From positions 1,408,001-1,472,000 of the forward strand of contig OZ245006.1 in NCBI GenBank assembly GCA_965223545.1: a DNA stretch of 64,000 nt. The letters run 5' to 3'. The notes below the pieces were generated by a model, which was not told the origin of the DNA, did not search any database, and worked only from the letters and a program-made list of their open reading frames with translations. Shown piece after piece: positions 19,874 through 30,207 of the stretch (position 1 is its first letter; the number at the start of each line of letters is the position of its first letter). This stretch comes from Planctomycetota bacterium. Lineage in GTDB: Bacteria > Planctomycetota > UBA1135 > UBA2386. A program made the position numbers and the translations under genes.

Positions 19874-21157
19874 TCAGCCTGCGGGTCCGCGGCGGGAACC
19901 GCCATCGCCGACGCCGGATGGCTCCGGGGCCTCGGCTTCGACCTCGTCGTCGTCGTCGCGTCCCTCGGCCGGCTTGGCGCTGGCGGGCTCGCGGGCGGTG
20001 CGCACCCACTCGCTGTCTCCACCGGCAGCGCGCAGCACACCGCCGATCATGCGCAGCTTCCACAGCATGTAGAGCGGTGCCGCGGCCACGGCGCGCAGGT
20101 CGCCCCAACCGCCGCCGCCCACCGCGATCGAGACGCCGACGTGCAGGGCGACCACCGCGAGGCCGATCAGCGCGTAGACCTGGGTGGCGAAGAACGGCAC
20201 CAACAACGCCAGCAGGAGCAAGCCGACATGCAACGCCAACGGTGGCAGCAGCAGGTCGGCCGTGGGCTCGAGCAGGTGCCACTTTTTGGCGCGCAGATCG
20301 GCGAGCAGACCCGGCAGCTGCGCCCGCGCCACTGCCAACCGGCCCCCTTCCCAACGCGCGCGCTGGCTGCTGGCAGCCGCGACCGAGGCCGGCATCTCGC
20401 TGCGTACCGCGGTTTCGTCGACGAACCGCACCCGCCGGCCGGCGCGCACCAGCCGCAGATGGTACTCGAGGTCCTCGACGATCGAGCGGGCGCCGTACGG
20501 AACTTCGCGCAGGATCGCGCGGCTCAGGGCAAAGCCGTTGCCCAGCACGCCAGCCGACAATCCGAGCCGGTCGCGGCCGCGCGGGCGGACCACGTTCATG
20601 CCGGCGAACGCGACCCGCATCAGCCGCGTGCGCAGGCTGCGGTCGCCGTCGGCGGTGAGGTAACGCACCTGCGCGGCCTCGGCACCGCTGGCGAACGCCC
20701 GCCGCAGCGCCTCGAAGAAGTCGATCTCCACCACGGTGTCGGCATCGACGACGACGTAGATGTCGTGGCTCTCGCGCCAGATCTCGCGGAAGGCGTAGTC
20801 GAGGGCGTAGCCCTTGCCGCGCCGCTCTGGATCGTCGCGCACCAAGACCCGGGCGCCAGCGCGCTCGGCCTCCGCGGCGGTCTCGTCGGTGCAGTTGTCG
20901 GCGACGACGACGATGTCGACGCCTTCGGCGGCGCCGTCACAGGTGATCAGGCTCTGCACCGTGCGCGCGATGCCACCGGCCTCGTCGTGCGCGGGCACGA
21001 CCACGGCCAGCCGCAGCTTGCGCGGGTCGCGCGGCACCGCCGACACCACGCGCGGCGCCGCACGCCATCCCGCGACCGTCAGGATCCACAGCTCGACCGT
21101 GCCGACCACGGTCAGCAGCAGCAGCCCCACCCCCAACAACGCCCAGATCACCGCCAC
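19874..21157 (-). CDS. Membrane-bound processive-type GT2 glycosyltransferase
   Basis: VVVPAHDE, VVADNCTD, GKGYAL, VVDAD, IVEDLE, QRARW (QxxRW), flanking transmembrane helices. Confidence 0.9.
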   Translation of the reverse strand: MAVIWALLGVGLLLLTVVGTVELWILTVAGWRAAPRVVSAVPRDPRKLRLAVVVPAHDEAGGIARTVQSLITCDGAAEGVDIVVVADNCTDETAAEAERAGARVLVRDDPERRGKGYALDYAFREIWRESHDIYVVVDADTVVEIDFFEALRRAFASGAEAAQVRYLTADGDRSLRTRLMRVAFAGMNVVRPRGRDRLGLSAGVLGNGFALSRAILREVPYGARSIVEDLEYHLRLVRAGRRVRFVDETAVRSEMPASVAAASSQRARWEGGRLAVARAQLPGLLADLRAKKWHLLEPTADLLLPPLALHVGLLLLALLVPFFATQVYALIGLAVVALHVGVSIAVGGGGWGDLRAVAAAPLYMLWKLRMIGGVLRAAGGDSEWVRTAREPASAKPAEGRDDDDEVEAEAPEPSGVGDGGSRRGPAG

Positions 21158-21287
21158 AGCTACCCGCTTCCCCCTCTTGGTTTCGACCGTTCGGCCCCGG
21201 TTTCCTCACCCCGACCGCGCACGACCGCCGCGGTCCGCCAAACCCCCGGCCGCACCGGCGCCAGCGCGCTGCTGCAGCGGCGCGCGT

Positions 21288-21872
21288 TCACACCGCTTCT
21301 CCATCGATCCAGCGCGGGACCCGCCGCGGGCGCGACGCGCACATCGCGTCGAGCAAGGGCCCGGGCTCCGCGTCGCGCAGCAACAGCGCTCGATGCGCGG
21401 AGGCGACGAACCCCTGCGCCGCGGCCTGGTCCAGAAGCTGCACCAGCGGTGCCCAGTAGCCGGCGACGTCGAGCAGCGCACACGGCTTGCCGTGCATGCC
21501 GAGCTGCGCCCAGGTCAGCACCTCGAGAATCTCCTCGAACGTGCCGAGCCCTCCGGGCATCGCCACGAAGCCGTCGGCGAGGTCGAACATCATCTTCTTG
21601 CGCGCGTGCATGCTGTGCACCACGTGCAGCTCGGTGAGGCCGTCGTGCGCCACCTCGAGAGCCGCCAGCTGCTCGGGAATCACGCCGATCGCTTCACCGC
21701 CGGCGGCCAGCACGGCGTCGGCAACGGCCCCCATCAACCCGATGTCGCCACCGCCGTACACCAAGCCCAGGTCGCGGGCGACGAGCTCCGCCGCCAGACC
21801 GCGGGCACCGGCGAGGTAGACCGGATCCGTCCCGGGGCTCGAGCCGCAGAACACACATACGCGCCGCATCAC
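21288..21872 (-). CDS. LOG-family nucleotide phosphoribohydrolase (TIGR00730-like)
   Basis: VCVFCGS, LVYGGG..GLMG, MHARK, PGGLGTFEE. Confidence 0.92.
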   Translation of the reverse strand: MMRRVCVFCGSSPGTDPVYLAGARGLAAELVARDLGLVYGGGDIGLMGAVADAVLAAGGEAIGVIPEQLAALEVAHDGLTELHVVHSMHARKKMMFDLADGFVAMPGGLGTFEEILEVLTWAQLGMHGKPCALLDVAGYWAPLVQLLDQAAAQGFVASAHRALLLRDAEPGPLLDAMCASRPRRVPRWIDGEAV

Positions 21873-21924
21873 GGCACCGCATTCTACGGTGGCGCGGGAC
21901 GAGGATCACCATTGAGCGCCCGAC

Positions 21925-22401
21925 TCAGCCGGAGGCGGCAGCGTCTTCCAACCGCGCCCGCGCCCACCCCTCGCTGGGCATCCGCAGCAGGATCAGCAGC
22001 ACCGCGAGGCCAGCGGCACCCGCACCGACGACGTGGCCGGTGAGCAAGTGCGTCAGCGCGCCGAGCAACCCGAAGCCCTCGAACATGGCCGCGCCGACCA
22101 GTGGTCCGGCGAACAGCTCGCTGGGCAGCTGGCCGGCATCCAGCTCGGCCTGGGCCGCCTCGCGCCGGCCGGCGACGCGGCGCGCGATCACGCCCGGCAG
22201 CACCAGGCCGGCGGGGATCGTCACGAACGCCGCGGCGGCCAACACCCAGAGCATCTGCCGGCGCAGCCCGTCGCTTCGTTCCAACGGCACGATCCCGCTC
22301 AAGGAGACCGCCAGCAGAAGGCCGACACCGGCGGCCAACGCGCAGAACACGATCCTCACCGCAGTCCAGGGGATCGCCGTCGGCGAGCGCTGGCCATTCA
22401 T
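21925..22401 (-). CDS. Hypothetical four-helix membrane protein downstream of the ECF sigma gene
   Basis: ATG at 22401, 11 bp after the sigma stop; four hydrophobic segments. Confidence 0.65.
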   Translation of the reverse strand: MNGQRSPTAIPWTAVRIVFCALAAGVGLLLAVSLSGIVPLERSDGLRRQMLWVLAAAAFVTIPAGLVLPGVIARRVAGRREAAQAELDAGQLPSELFAGPLVGAAMFEGFGLLGALTHLLTGHVVGAGAAGLAVLLILLRMPSEGWARARLEDAAASG

Positions 22402-22412
22402 GACCGCCACAG

Positions 22413-23030
22413 TTAGCGCTCCGGCTCGCTCGGATCCAGCGGCTCGCGCGCGCCTTGTTGTCGCATGCCGTCGAGGATCGTCTCCAGCCGCACCAGGCCC
22501 CGGCGCAGCAGCTGCCGGCAGTTGGCCTCGCTGAGACCGAGCTGGGTCGCGATGTCCTTGTGCGGCAAGCCGACGATGCGCGCCAGAGTGATCACCTCGC
22601 GCTGCTGCTCCGGCAGCCGCTCGAACGCCGCCTCGATCCGCGCCATCTCCTCCGCCGACGCCGCGTGCACGCTCGGCGTGGTCACCGTCGCGTACAGATC
22701 CACCACGGCCGCGGCCGAATCGGCGCCGGCCTGCATCCGCACTTCGCGCGCGACGTCGCGCGCCTGCGCGCGGTGATACCGGTCGCGCTCGGTCAGCTTG
22801 CGCAACGCCGCGGTGTAGAGCCAGTTGCGGAACTGGGCCTCGCCCTGGTAGTCGAACCGGGCCTCGCCCTCGAGCAGCTCGCGGCAGATCGACTGCAGCA
22901 AGTCCGACTGCGACTCCCGATCCCGAATGGCCTTGGCCGTGCGCAGCCGCACGAACGCCCGCAGCGCGGGCAGGTGGCGCTCCAGCAGCGCTTCGATTGC
23001 CGGGGGAGGGTCGGCTGACGGATCGGTCAT
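22413..23030 (-). CDS. ECF-type RNA polymerase sigma factor
   Basis: Region 2 SDLLQSICRELL...FRNWLYTAALRKL; region 4 LPEQQREVITLARIVGLPHKDIATQLG. Confidence 0.9.
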   Translation of the reverse strand: MTDPSADPPPAIEALLERHLPALRAFVRLRTAKAIRDRESQSDLLQSICRELLEGEARFDYQGEAQFRNWLYTAALRKLTERDRYHRAQARDVAREVRMQAGADSAAAVVDLYATVTTPSVHAASAEEMARIEAAFERLPEQQREVITLARIVGLPHKDIATQLGLSEANCRQLLRRGLVRLETILDGMRQQGAREPLDPSEPER

Positions 23031-23141
23031 GGCGGGGGCGCCGCCGACGGCGGCCAAAGGAGATTCTAACCGGTGCGCTCGCTCCCCCGCGACGGCGGCC
23101 TATCTTGGCAGCGACTCGCCAACCGTTCGAAACGACGCACC

Positions 23142-24995
23142 ATGCTCGATGCTGCTGCTCCACGGCCCTCGGCCGCAGTTCTTCTCCCCGCCATCGCCGG
23201 CGTCGCGCTCGCGGCGGCGCTTGCCGGCCAAGACAAGGCCGCCCCGGTGTTCGTCGAGGGCCAGGCACAGGTGGTGCCCGCGTTCTCCGACCGCGACCAG
23301 TGGATCCGGCACGATCTCTGGGTGGAGACGGAGTTCGACAGTGACGGCGACCGGCGCCCCGACCGCATGCACGTCTGCGTCACGCGCCAAGCGCAGACCG
23401 ACAGCGAGGGGTTGCGCGTGCCGGTGATCTACGAGACCAGCCCCTACTTCTCCGGCGTCGGCAGCACCGACTCGCAGTACTTCTGGAACCCGCGGCACGA
23501 GCTCGGGGAGAAGCCGCCGGCGCGCGGCAAGATGCCGCCGGTACCGTTCACGGAGCGCCGGCCCGTGATCTCCAACTCGCTGGTCCGCACTTGGGTGCCG
23601 CGCGGCTTCGCGGTCGTGCACTCCGCGTCACCCGGCACCGGCCTGTCGCAGGGCTGCCCGACGGTCGGCGGCGACAACGAGTCGCTGGCGCCCAAGGCGG
23701 TGATCGACTGGCTCAACGGCCGCGCCAAGGGCTTCACCAAACCGCGCGGCGGCAAGCCCGTCGAAGCCTACTGGTGCACCGGCAAGGTCGGTATGGCCGG
23801 GACCTCCTACAACGGCACGCTGCCGATCGCCGCCGCGACCACCGGCGTCGACGGCCTCGAGGCGATCATCCCGGTCGCCCCCAACACCTCGTACTACCAC
23901 TACTACCGCTCCCACGGCTTGGTGCGCCATCCCGGCGGCTACATGGGCGAGGACATCGACGTCCTCTACGACTTCATCAACAGCGGCGACCCCAAGCGGC
24001 GCAAGCACTGCAATCAGAAGGTGCGCGACGACGAGCTGCGGGCGCAGCAGGACCGGCTGACCGGCGACTACAACGAGTTCTGGGCCGGCCGCGACTACAA
24101 GAACAAGCTGGGCCGCTACAAAGCGGCCACGTTGATGGCACACGCGTTCAACGACTGGAACGTGATGCCCGAGCACAGTGTGCGCATCTACGCCGCCCTG
24201 AAGGCCAACGACGTGCCGGTGATGGCGTATTTCCACCAGCGCGACCACGGCGGCGACCCGCCGCTTTCGCTGATGAACCGCTGGTTCACGCGCTACCTCT
24301 ACGGCATCGAGAACGGCGTCGAGAACGACCCGCGCGGCTGGATCGTGCGCGAGTACGACCGCGGCAGTCAGCCCACCGCGTACCCGGACTATCCGCATCC
24401 GGACGCCGAGGACGTCATCTTGTACCCGGGAGCCGGCGGCGCGGCGCGCGGCACGCTCACCTCCGAGCGCGCGGCCGGCCAGGGCACCGAGAGCCTCACC
24501 GACGACGTGTCCATCGACGGCGCGCGGCTGGCGCAGGCCGAGCGCAGCGAGCACCGCTTGCTGTACGCGACGGCGCCGCTCGAGCAACCGCTGCACATCT
24601 CGGGCACACCGCGCCTCACCCTGCGCCTCTCCGCCGACCGGCCGGCGGTCAACCTGTCGGTGTGGCTGGTGTCGCTGCCGTGGGCGGAGAGACCGCGCCG
24701 GATCACCGAGAACGTCATCACGCGCGGCTGGGCAGATCCGCAAAACCACGCGGGGCTGGAGCAGAGCGAACGCCTGGTGCCGGGCGAGTTCTACGAGCTG
24801 ACGTTCGACCTGCAGCCGGACGACCAGATCATCCAACCGGGCCAGCGCATCGGCCTGATGGTGTTCTCGAGCGACCGCGACTTCACGCTGTGGCCCGATC
24901 CGGGCGCCGTGTTGACCATCGATCTGGAGCACACCGCGCTTTCCCTGCCGGTGGTCGGCGGCGCGGATGCGTGGGCCGGCGCGTTCGGACGTTGA
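23142..24995 (+). CDS. pepX: Xaa-Pro dipeptidyl-peptidase, peptidase S15 (secreted)
   Basis: Signal peptide, VIYETSPY, AVIDWLNGRA, catalytic GTSYNG, DWNV, C-terminal RGWADPQN and LQPDD domain. Confidence 0.88.
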   Translation: MLDAAAPRPSAAVLLPAIAGVALAAALAGQDKAAPVFVEGQAQVVPAFSDRDQWIRHDLWVETEFDSDGDRRPDRMHVCVTRQAQTDSEGLRVPVIYETSPYFSGVGSTDSQYFWNPRHELGEKPPARGKMPPVPFTERRPVISNSLVRTWVPRGFAVVHSASPGTGLSQGCPTVGGDNESLAPKAVIDWLNGRAKGFTKPRGGKPVEAYWCTGKVGMAGTSYNGTLPIAAATTGVDGLEAIIPVAPNTSYYHYYRSHGLVRHPGGYMGEDIDVLYDFINSGDPKRRKHCNQKVRDDELRAQQDRLTGDYNEFWAGRDYKNKLGRYKAATLMAHAFNDWNVMPEHSVRIYAALKANDVPVMAYFHQRDHGGDPPLSLMNRWFTRYLYGIENGVENDPRGWIVREYDRGSQPTAYPDYPHPDAEDVILYPGAGGAARGTLTSERAAGQGTESLTDDVSIDGARLAQAERSEHRLLYATAPLEQPLHISGTPRLTLRLSADRPAVNLSVWLVSLPWAERPRRITENVITRGWADPQNHAGLEQSERLVPGEFYELTFDLQPDDQIIQPGQRIGLMVFSSDRDFTLWPDPGAVLTIDLEHTALSLPVVGGADAWAGAFGR

Positions 24996-25017
24996 TTCCC
25001 GCGGGACGCCGGCCGCG

Positions 25018-25947
25018 TCAGGGCGCCAGGAACAGCACCGCCGCGCCGGCGACCGCCAGTACCGTGCCGCCGACCGCGGCGACCCCGAGCCGCGCGCCGT
25101 GGTAGCGCCAGGCGATGGGCAGCATGAAGATCGGCGGCAGCGACATCAGCGCGGCCGCGACGCCGGCTGCCGCGTGCTGCACCGCGACGAGCGACAGCCA
25201 CACACCGAGAGTCGGCCCGAACAGGACGCCGACCAGCGTCGCGCTCATCGCGCGGCGATCGCGCAGGGCGCCGCCGACGACGCGCGCGCGGCGGGCGCCG
25301 ACGACCAGCAGCGCGGCGCCGACTCCCGCAGCCGCCATGCGCACCAGCGTGGCCTGTAGCGGCGTCGACGCTGCGTCGGCGGCACCGTCGGGCAACCCAC
25401 GCATCGCCAGCTTGGCCAGCACCAGCCCGCTGGCTTGACCGACGGCGCCGAGCAGACCCGCGGCGACGGCCCAGCGCAGTGCCCGCGCTTCGATCGGCGG
25501 TCCCCAGCCCCGGTCGCGTTGGCCGCGCATCAACACCAGGGCGACGCCGCCCAGCACCATCGCCATGCCGAGCAGCGCGCCGGGCCCGAGCCCTTCCCCC
25601 AGCACCGGCCACGCCAGCAGGGCACACGGCACCGGCCACGTCGCCATCAACAGCGTGCCGAGGCGGGGACCGAGCGTGCCGATGCAATGGAAGTAGCACC
25701 AGTCGCCCAAGGTGAGGCCGAGCAGGCCGGACGCCACCAACAGCCCGTGCGCCTCGCCGCCGAAGGCGGGCCACCACACGCCGGCAAACACGCGATGCGC
25801 GACGAGCAAGACCGCGACGGCGGCGACGATGCGAATCTGGTTGACCGCGAGTGCGCCGACCCGCCGCGTCGCCGCGGCGAAGCCGAGGCTGCAGAGCGTC
25901 CACGACAGCGACGTCGACACCGCTGCCAGCTCGCCGAGGTGGTTCAT
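25018..25947 (-). CDS. DMT/EamA family transporter
   Basis: About 10 transmembrane helices; GELAA..., SGLLGLTLGD, GPTLGVWLS. Confidence 0.85.
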   Translation of the reverse strand: MNHLGELAAVSTSLSWTLCSLGFAAATRRVGALAVNQIRIVAAVAVLLVAHRVFAGVWWPAFGGEAHGLLVASGLLGLTLGDWCYFHCIGTLGPRLGTLLMATWPVPCALLAWPVLGEGLGPGALLGMAMVLGGVALVLMRGQRDRGWGPPIEARALRWAVAAGLLGAVGQASGLVLAKLAMRGLPDGAADAASTPLQATLVRMAAAGVGAALLVVGARRARVVGGALRDRRAMSATLVGVLFGPTLGVWLSLVAVQHAAAGVAAALMSLPPIFMLPIAWRYHGARLGVAAVGGTVLAVAGAAVLFLAP

Positions 25948-28106
25948 CGCAGCACGACCCAGTCGACGTCCGAGCGGGCTGCCAAGACAGCGGCTCCGTT
26001 GGGGACGGCCTCGAAGTAGAACGCGCACCGACACTCGCTCGCCAACCGCACCGCGTACCGCAACAGATGGGCCTGCTCTGCACCGAGATGCACGGGCTCG
26101 CCCGGCGTGACCCGCTGCACGATGCCGGTCGCGGGCGCCAGCAACACCAACCGCAGATCCCCGCGGCCATTCCAGGTCGGCGCCCGCAGCTGCGTCCCGA
26201 GGGCTTCGATCGCCACGGTGCGCCCCGCCAGGCGCTGGGGCAGCGCCAGGACCGGGAGTCGTCCCCGCACCGCCGCGGCGCGCACCGCGCCGCCGGCGTC
26301 GAGCTCGACCTCGAGCCCGACGACGTCGGAACCGGCGAGGGCACCCGACATCAGCTCGAGCGAGTGGCTCGCGTCGATCTCGTAGCGCGTGGTCCCGCCA
26401 ACGCTCGCTCCCGCGGCGAACCCGACCCACGGACTTTCGCCGGCCTCGAACAGCCAGCGCAGACGCCCGCCCGCTGGCCCGTCGAGCCCCTCGATCTCGA
26501 GCTGGAGGGCTTCGAGGTGCCAAGGGCTGCGCGCTGTCCGCAGCAGCCATCGCCCTCCTTCAGGGCCCGTTCGAGTGAGCGCTTCCGGCACCGCATCGAG
26601 TGCCGCCGGAGCGGACTCCGGTACCGGCATCGGCTGCCACGCACCCACCCACGACAGCAAGTCCACGCCCTCCCGGCGCAGCGCCCGCATCGGCGCCGCG
26701 TCTTGGTGCAACGCCATCGACACCGACAGCGGCGCGACGACGAACCCGAGACCGAGCACGGGTTGCGCGGGGGGCCGCCCCGGCGCCTCGAACACCGTGC
26801 TCCACGCCGTCGGGTGGGCGGGCCCCGGCACCCCGAATCCCTCCGGCATACTCAAGATCGCGCTCGGCCGTTGGCTCCCCTCCTGCCAAGCCGCCAGTCG
26901 ATCGCGCGCCTTCTGCTGCGCGCCCCACGCCACCTCGTACCGGCTGAGAATCAGGCTGCGCGCCGGTGCCCAAACCAACGGCAACGCCAGCGGCAACGCG
27001 ATGCCGACCGCCCGCCACCACCGCGCCCGCGGCGCGAGCCCCAAAGCGCACGCCGACAGCGCGAGCCACGGCACCGCCCCGTACACCATCCGCGCCCCGA
27101 CCCACCCGGCATCGATGGACGCTGCGAACGAGGGCGCAAAGTGCGCGCCGATCCCCAGCACCGCCACGCCGAGCACGAGGCGGGCACGGCGCGGAGCCGA
27201 CACCACCGCGAGAACAAAGAGCACGCCGAGACCGAGCGCCGGGCCGAGCACGAGGACCGCGCTCTGGCCGGCGGACGCGATCGGCGCCACCAGGAACGCC
27301 GCCTTGTCCATCGCCGCGGCACCCCAAGCGGAGGGATCGTCGGCCTGCAGGCCGAACGCGGGCCCGACGAAGCTACCGAGCAGCCAAACGCGCCACGCCG
27401 CGTAGCCGACCCAGAGCGGCACGAACGGCAAGTGCAACCGCAGCCGCGCCCGCCAAGGCCGCCGCGGTGCGTCGAGCACGTCGACCAAGAGCATGAGCAC
27501 GGGTATGCAGAACGCCGACTCCTTGCTGGCGAGCGCTGCTGCCGCGCACCCCGCGGTGGCGACCGACCACGCCTTCTGCCCGGTGCGCAGCCGCGCGGCG
27601 AAGCACAGGAGCGCGGCCATGCGGAACATCACTTCGAGACTGCTGACGCGCGCGGAGAGCCACGCCACTGGCTCGACCGCCGCCGGGTGCAAGGCGAACA
27701 ACAACCCGCCGATGAGCGCCGCCCACGCCGGCCGCCAAGGACACAGCCGTGCACAGAACAGACCGACCAGCCCAGTGATGATCGCGTGCACGCCGACGCT
27801 CACCGCGTAGAACGCCGCACTTCCCCCATCGGAAATCGCGTAGCACAGCGCCAACGCCAAGCTCACCAGCGGGCGCCAGTAGCGCGCCTCGCCCAACCAC
27901 GGCCGGTAGAACTCCTCGCCCACCCGCGCCCAGTCGACCCGCACGCCGTCGTTCTGGCCCGGCACCAACAGCTGTCGGAACAGCAGATCATCGGCGTAGA
28001 ACTCGCCGGCGCCGACCACCGGCGCGTAGATCACCGCAGCGACGACCGCGGTCAGAGCCGAGATCAGCAACGGCCCGGTGGCGGTGCTTGGTGTGGGTCG
28101 GCGCAC
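25944..28106 (-). CDS. Multi-pass membrane protein, GT-C-like (ArnT/PMT/TMTC-type) N-terminus with a soluble C-terminal region
   Basis: FYADD, YWRPL, LFALHP..VEPVAWLSAR, ALASKESA, typical of GT-C-like proteins. Confidence 0.7.
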   Translation of the reverse strand: MRRPTPSTATGPLLISALTAVVAAVIYAPVVGAGEFYADDLLFRQLLVPGQNDGVRVDWARVGEEFYRPWLGEARYWRPLVSLALALCYAISDGGSAAFYAVSVGVHAIITGLVGLFCARLCPWRPAWAALIGGLLFALHPAAVEPVAWLSARVSSLEVMFRMAALLCFAARLRTGQKAWSVATAGCAAAALASKESAFCIPVLMLLVDVLDAPRRPWRARLRLHLPFVPLWVGYAAWRVWLLGSFVGPAFGLQADDPSAWGAAAMDKAAFLVAPIASAGQSAVLVLGPALGLGVLFVLAVVSAPRRARLVLGVAVLGIGAHFAPSFAASIDAGWVGARMVYGAVPWLALSACALGLAPRARWWRAVGIALPLALPLVWAPARSLILSRYEVAWGAQQKARDRLAAWQEGSQRPSAILSMPEGFGVPGPAHPTAWSTVFEAPGRPPAQPVLGLGFVVAPLSVSMALHQDAAPMRALRREGVDLLSWVGAWQPMPVPESAPAALDAVPEALTRTGPEGGRWLLRTARSPWHLEALQLEIEGLDGPAGGRLRWLFEAGESPWVGFAAGASVGGTTRYEIDASHSLELMSGALAGSDVVGLEVELDAGGAVRAAAVRGRLPVLALPQRLAGRTVAIEALGTQLRAPTWNGRGDLRLVLLAPATGIVQRVTPGEPVHLGAEQAHLLRYAVRLASECRCAFYFEAVPNGAAVLAARSDVDWVVLR

Positions 28107-28225
28107 GGGATCGAGACCCTAGCGGGTGCTCCCCCTCTCGCCCGCTCTGGTCTGCCGCAATTCGACCCGGAGAAAAAACCGAGGTCTTTGGCCGCTGACA
28201 GCACCGCCCCTGCGCATTCGACGAC

Positions 28226-29605
28226 ATGTCATCCCAGCGCGCTCTCACCGTCGTCCTGCTCGCGGCCTCCGCGACCGCCCAGGAGTGGCAGCAACTCCAG
28301 CCCAATGCGAGCCCGCCTCCGCGCGAGCAACACTCCACGGCGTGGGATGAAGGCCGCCAGTGCGTCGTCCTGTTCGGCGGCTTCGACTGGAGCCCCAACC
28401 TCTACTACGGCGATCACTGGGAGTTCGACGGGGCAACGTGGAAACAGCGGCCCCTGACCGTGGCCCCGTCTCCGCGCAGCCGGGCCGCCATGTGCTACGA
28501 CAGCCGCCGCGGCGTCACGGTCCTGTTCGGCGGCACCTTCCAGGGCTCGATCTTCGGCAACCCGGTCTACTACGCCGACACCTGGGAGTTCGACGGCCAG
28601 AGCTGGCGGCCGATCCCGATCGCCGGCCCCTCGGCGCGGATCACCAGCATGGTCTACGACGAGGCGCGGGGGGTCGTCGTGATGATGGGCGGCAACGGCG
28701 GCGGGCCGATGCTCGCCGATACGTGGGAGTACGACGGCGTGGCTTGGACGCGGCGCGCACCCGCGCTGAACCCGCCGGCACGCCCCGACTACAGCTTGGC
28801 GTACGACGCGCGCCGCCGTTGCGTGGTCGCCCAGCCCGGCTGGATCTGGGGGCACTCGACGGTGATGGAGACGTGGGAGTGGAACGGCCAGACGTGGGCG
28901 CGCAGCGCGGCGCAGACGCTGCCGCCTCCGTTCACGCAGCCGGCGATGACCTACGACCGGCGCCGTGGCGTGACGGTGTTGGTCGGCGCAACCGCGATGA
29001 TACCGGCGCAGACCTGGGAGTACGACGGCGTCGACTGGCAACACGTCCCGACGGCGACCGTTCCGTCCAACAGCCTGACCGGCCACTCCCTCACCGAGGA
29101 CCGCCGCCGCGGCACGCTGATTCGCTTCGGTGGTGACCAGGTCGAGGGGCCGTTCTTGGTCAGCAGCGATGAGACCTGGGAGTACACGGTGCTGGCGCGC
29201 TACGACAAGTTCGGCACCGGCTGTGGCCCGACCACGCGCACCCCGGCGCTCGCCGCCGCCGCCGGCAGCGCCCCGGCGCTCGGCGCGGTGTTCACCGCCG
29301 AGCTGACCGACCTGCCCAACAACAGCCAGGCTCTGTTACTGCTCGGGGGCAGCCGAACGGCGTGGCACGGCCTGCCGCTGCCCGCCTCCCTGGCGCCGGC
29401 GGGGTTGCCGGGCTGTGAACTGCTAGTTGCCGCCGACCTGGTGACACCACTGGCGACGGCAGGCGGGCGCGCACAGTGGTCGGTCCCGATCCCGTCCGCG
29501 CCAAGTCTGTTGGGTGCCCGCTTCTACAACCAGGGGTTGGCCGTCGACAACGGGCTACAGTTGGTGGCCGTGACCAACGGCGCGGCAGCGACGGTAGGCC
29601 ACTGA
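28226..29605 (+). CDS. Secreted Kelch-like beta-propeller repeat protein
   Basis: Signal peptide ending ASATA-Q, six YD.RR...VLFGG...DTWEYDG repeats, then an FGTGC-initiated C-terminal domain. Confidence 0.85.
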   Translation: MSSQRALTVVLLAASATAQEWQQLQPNASPPPREQHSTAWDEGRQCVVLFGGFDWSPNLYYGDHWEFDGATWKQRPLTVAPSPRSRAAMCYDSRRGVTVLFGGTFQGSIFGNPVYYADTWEFDGQSWRPIPIAGPSARITSMVYDEARGVVVMMGGNGGGPMLADTWEYDGVAWTRRAPALNPPARPDYSLAYDARRRCVVAQPGWIWGHSTVMETWEWNGQTWARSAAQTLPPPFTQPAMTYDRRRGVTVLVGATAMIPAQTWEYDGVDWQHVPTATVPSNSLTGHSLTEDRRRGTLIRFGGDQVEGPFLVSSDETWEYTVLARYDKFGTGCGPTTRTPALAAAAGSAPALGAVFTAELTDLPNNSQALLLLGGSRTAWHGLPLPASLAPAGLPGCELLVAADLVTPLATAGGRAQWSVPIPSAPSLLGARFYNQGLAVDNGLQLVAVTNGAAATVGH

Positions 29606-29677
29606 CGACACCAAGGCCGGTCCTCGGCGGCGCGGGAGCACTTCGGCACCGGATGCCAGGGTGGCCCGTGTCGCTTC

Positions 29678-30106
29678 TCAGCGCGCGCCGACCGCGCGCG
29701 TGAACACCCACAGGGGCCCCACCAGCAGGTGCTCGACGTTGCGGTGAAACGCCGGTTGGTTGCGCTCGAACACCAGGTGCCCGGCGTACTGCAGCACCCA
29801 ACCGACCGCGAACGCCACCGCGAGCAGCAGCGACGGCAACCAACCTCCCAGCGCGCGCAGGCCCAGGGCGATGAGCGCCAGCGGCAGTCCGAGCCGCCAG
29901 TCGAGGCGCACGTAGTAGTAGCCGGCGGCGAGCGCCGCGACGGTGCCGAGATCGAGTCCGAGCGGCAATGGCACGCGCCCGAGAAGGCCGAGGATCGACA
30001 CCGCCAACAACGGGATCCCGATCGCGTGCGTGGTCTTGTTGGCCCGCACGCGATGGTCCGCTTCGTAGTCCTCGAGCCGCGCTCGCGCCGCCGGCGAAAC
30101 CGCCAT
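29678..30106 (-). CDS. Mpo1/DUF962 family membrane protein
   Basis: YEADH..., HAIGIP, GWVLQYAGHLVFERNQPAF. Confidence 0.88.
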   Translation of the reverse strand: MAVSPAARARLEDYEADHRVRANKTTHAIGIPLLAVSILGLLGRVPLPLGLDLGTVAALAAGYYYVRLDWRLGLPLALIALGLRALGGWLPSLLLAVAFAVGWVLQYAGHLVFERNQPAFHRNVEHLLVGPLWVFTRAVGAR

Positions 30107-30207
30107 TCCAGCATGCTACGCGCAACGCCGGGTCGGGAGAACTGGGTGTACACAACAGGCGCCGGAGCTGCGACGATGGGCCGCACCGTCCGTCTGAGAC
30201 CCCGCCA

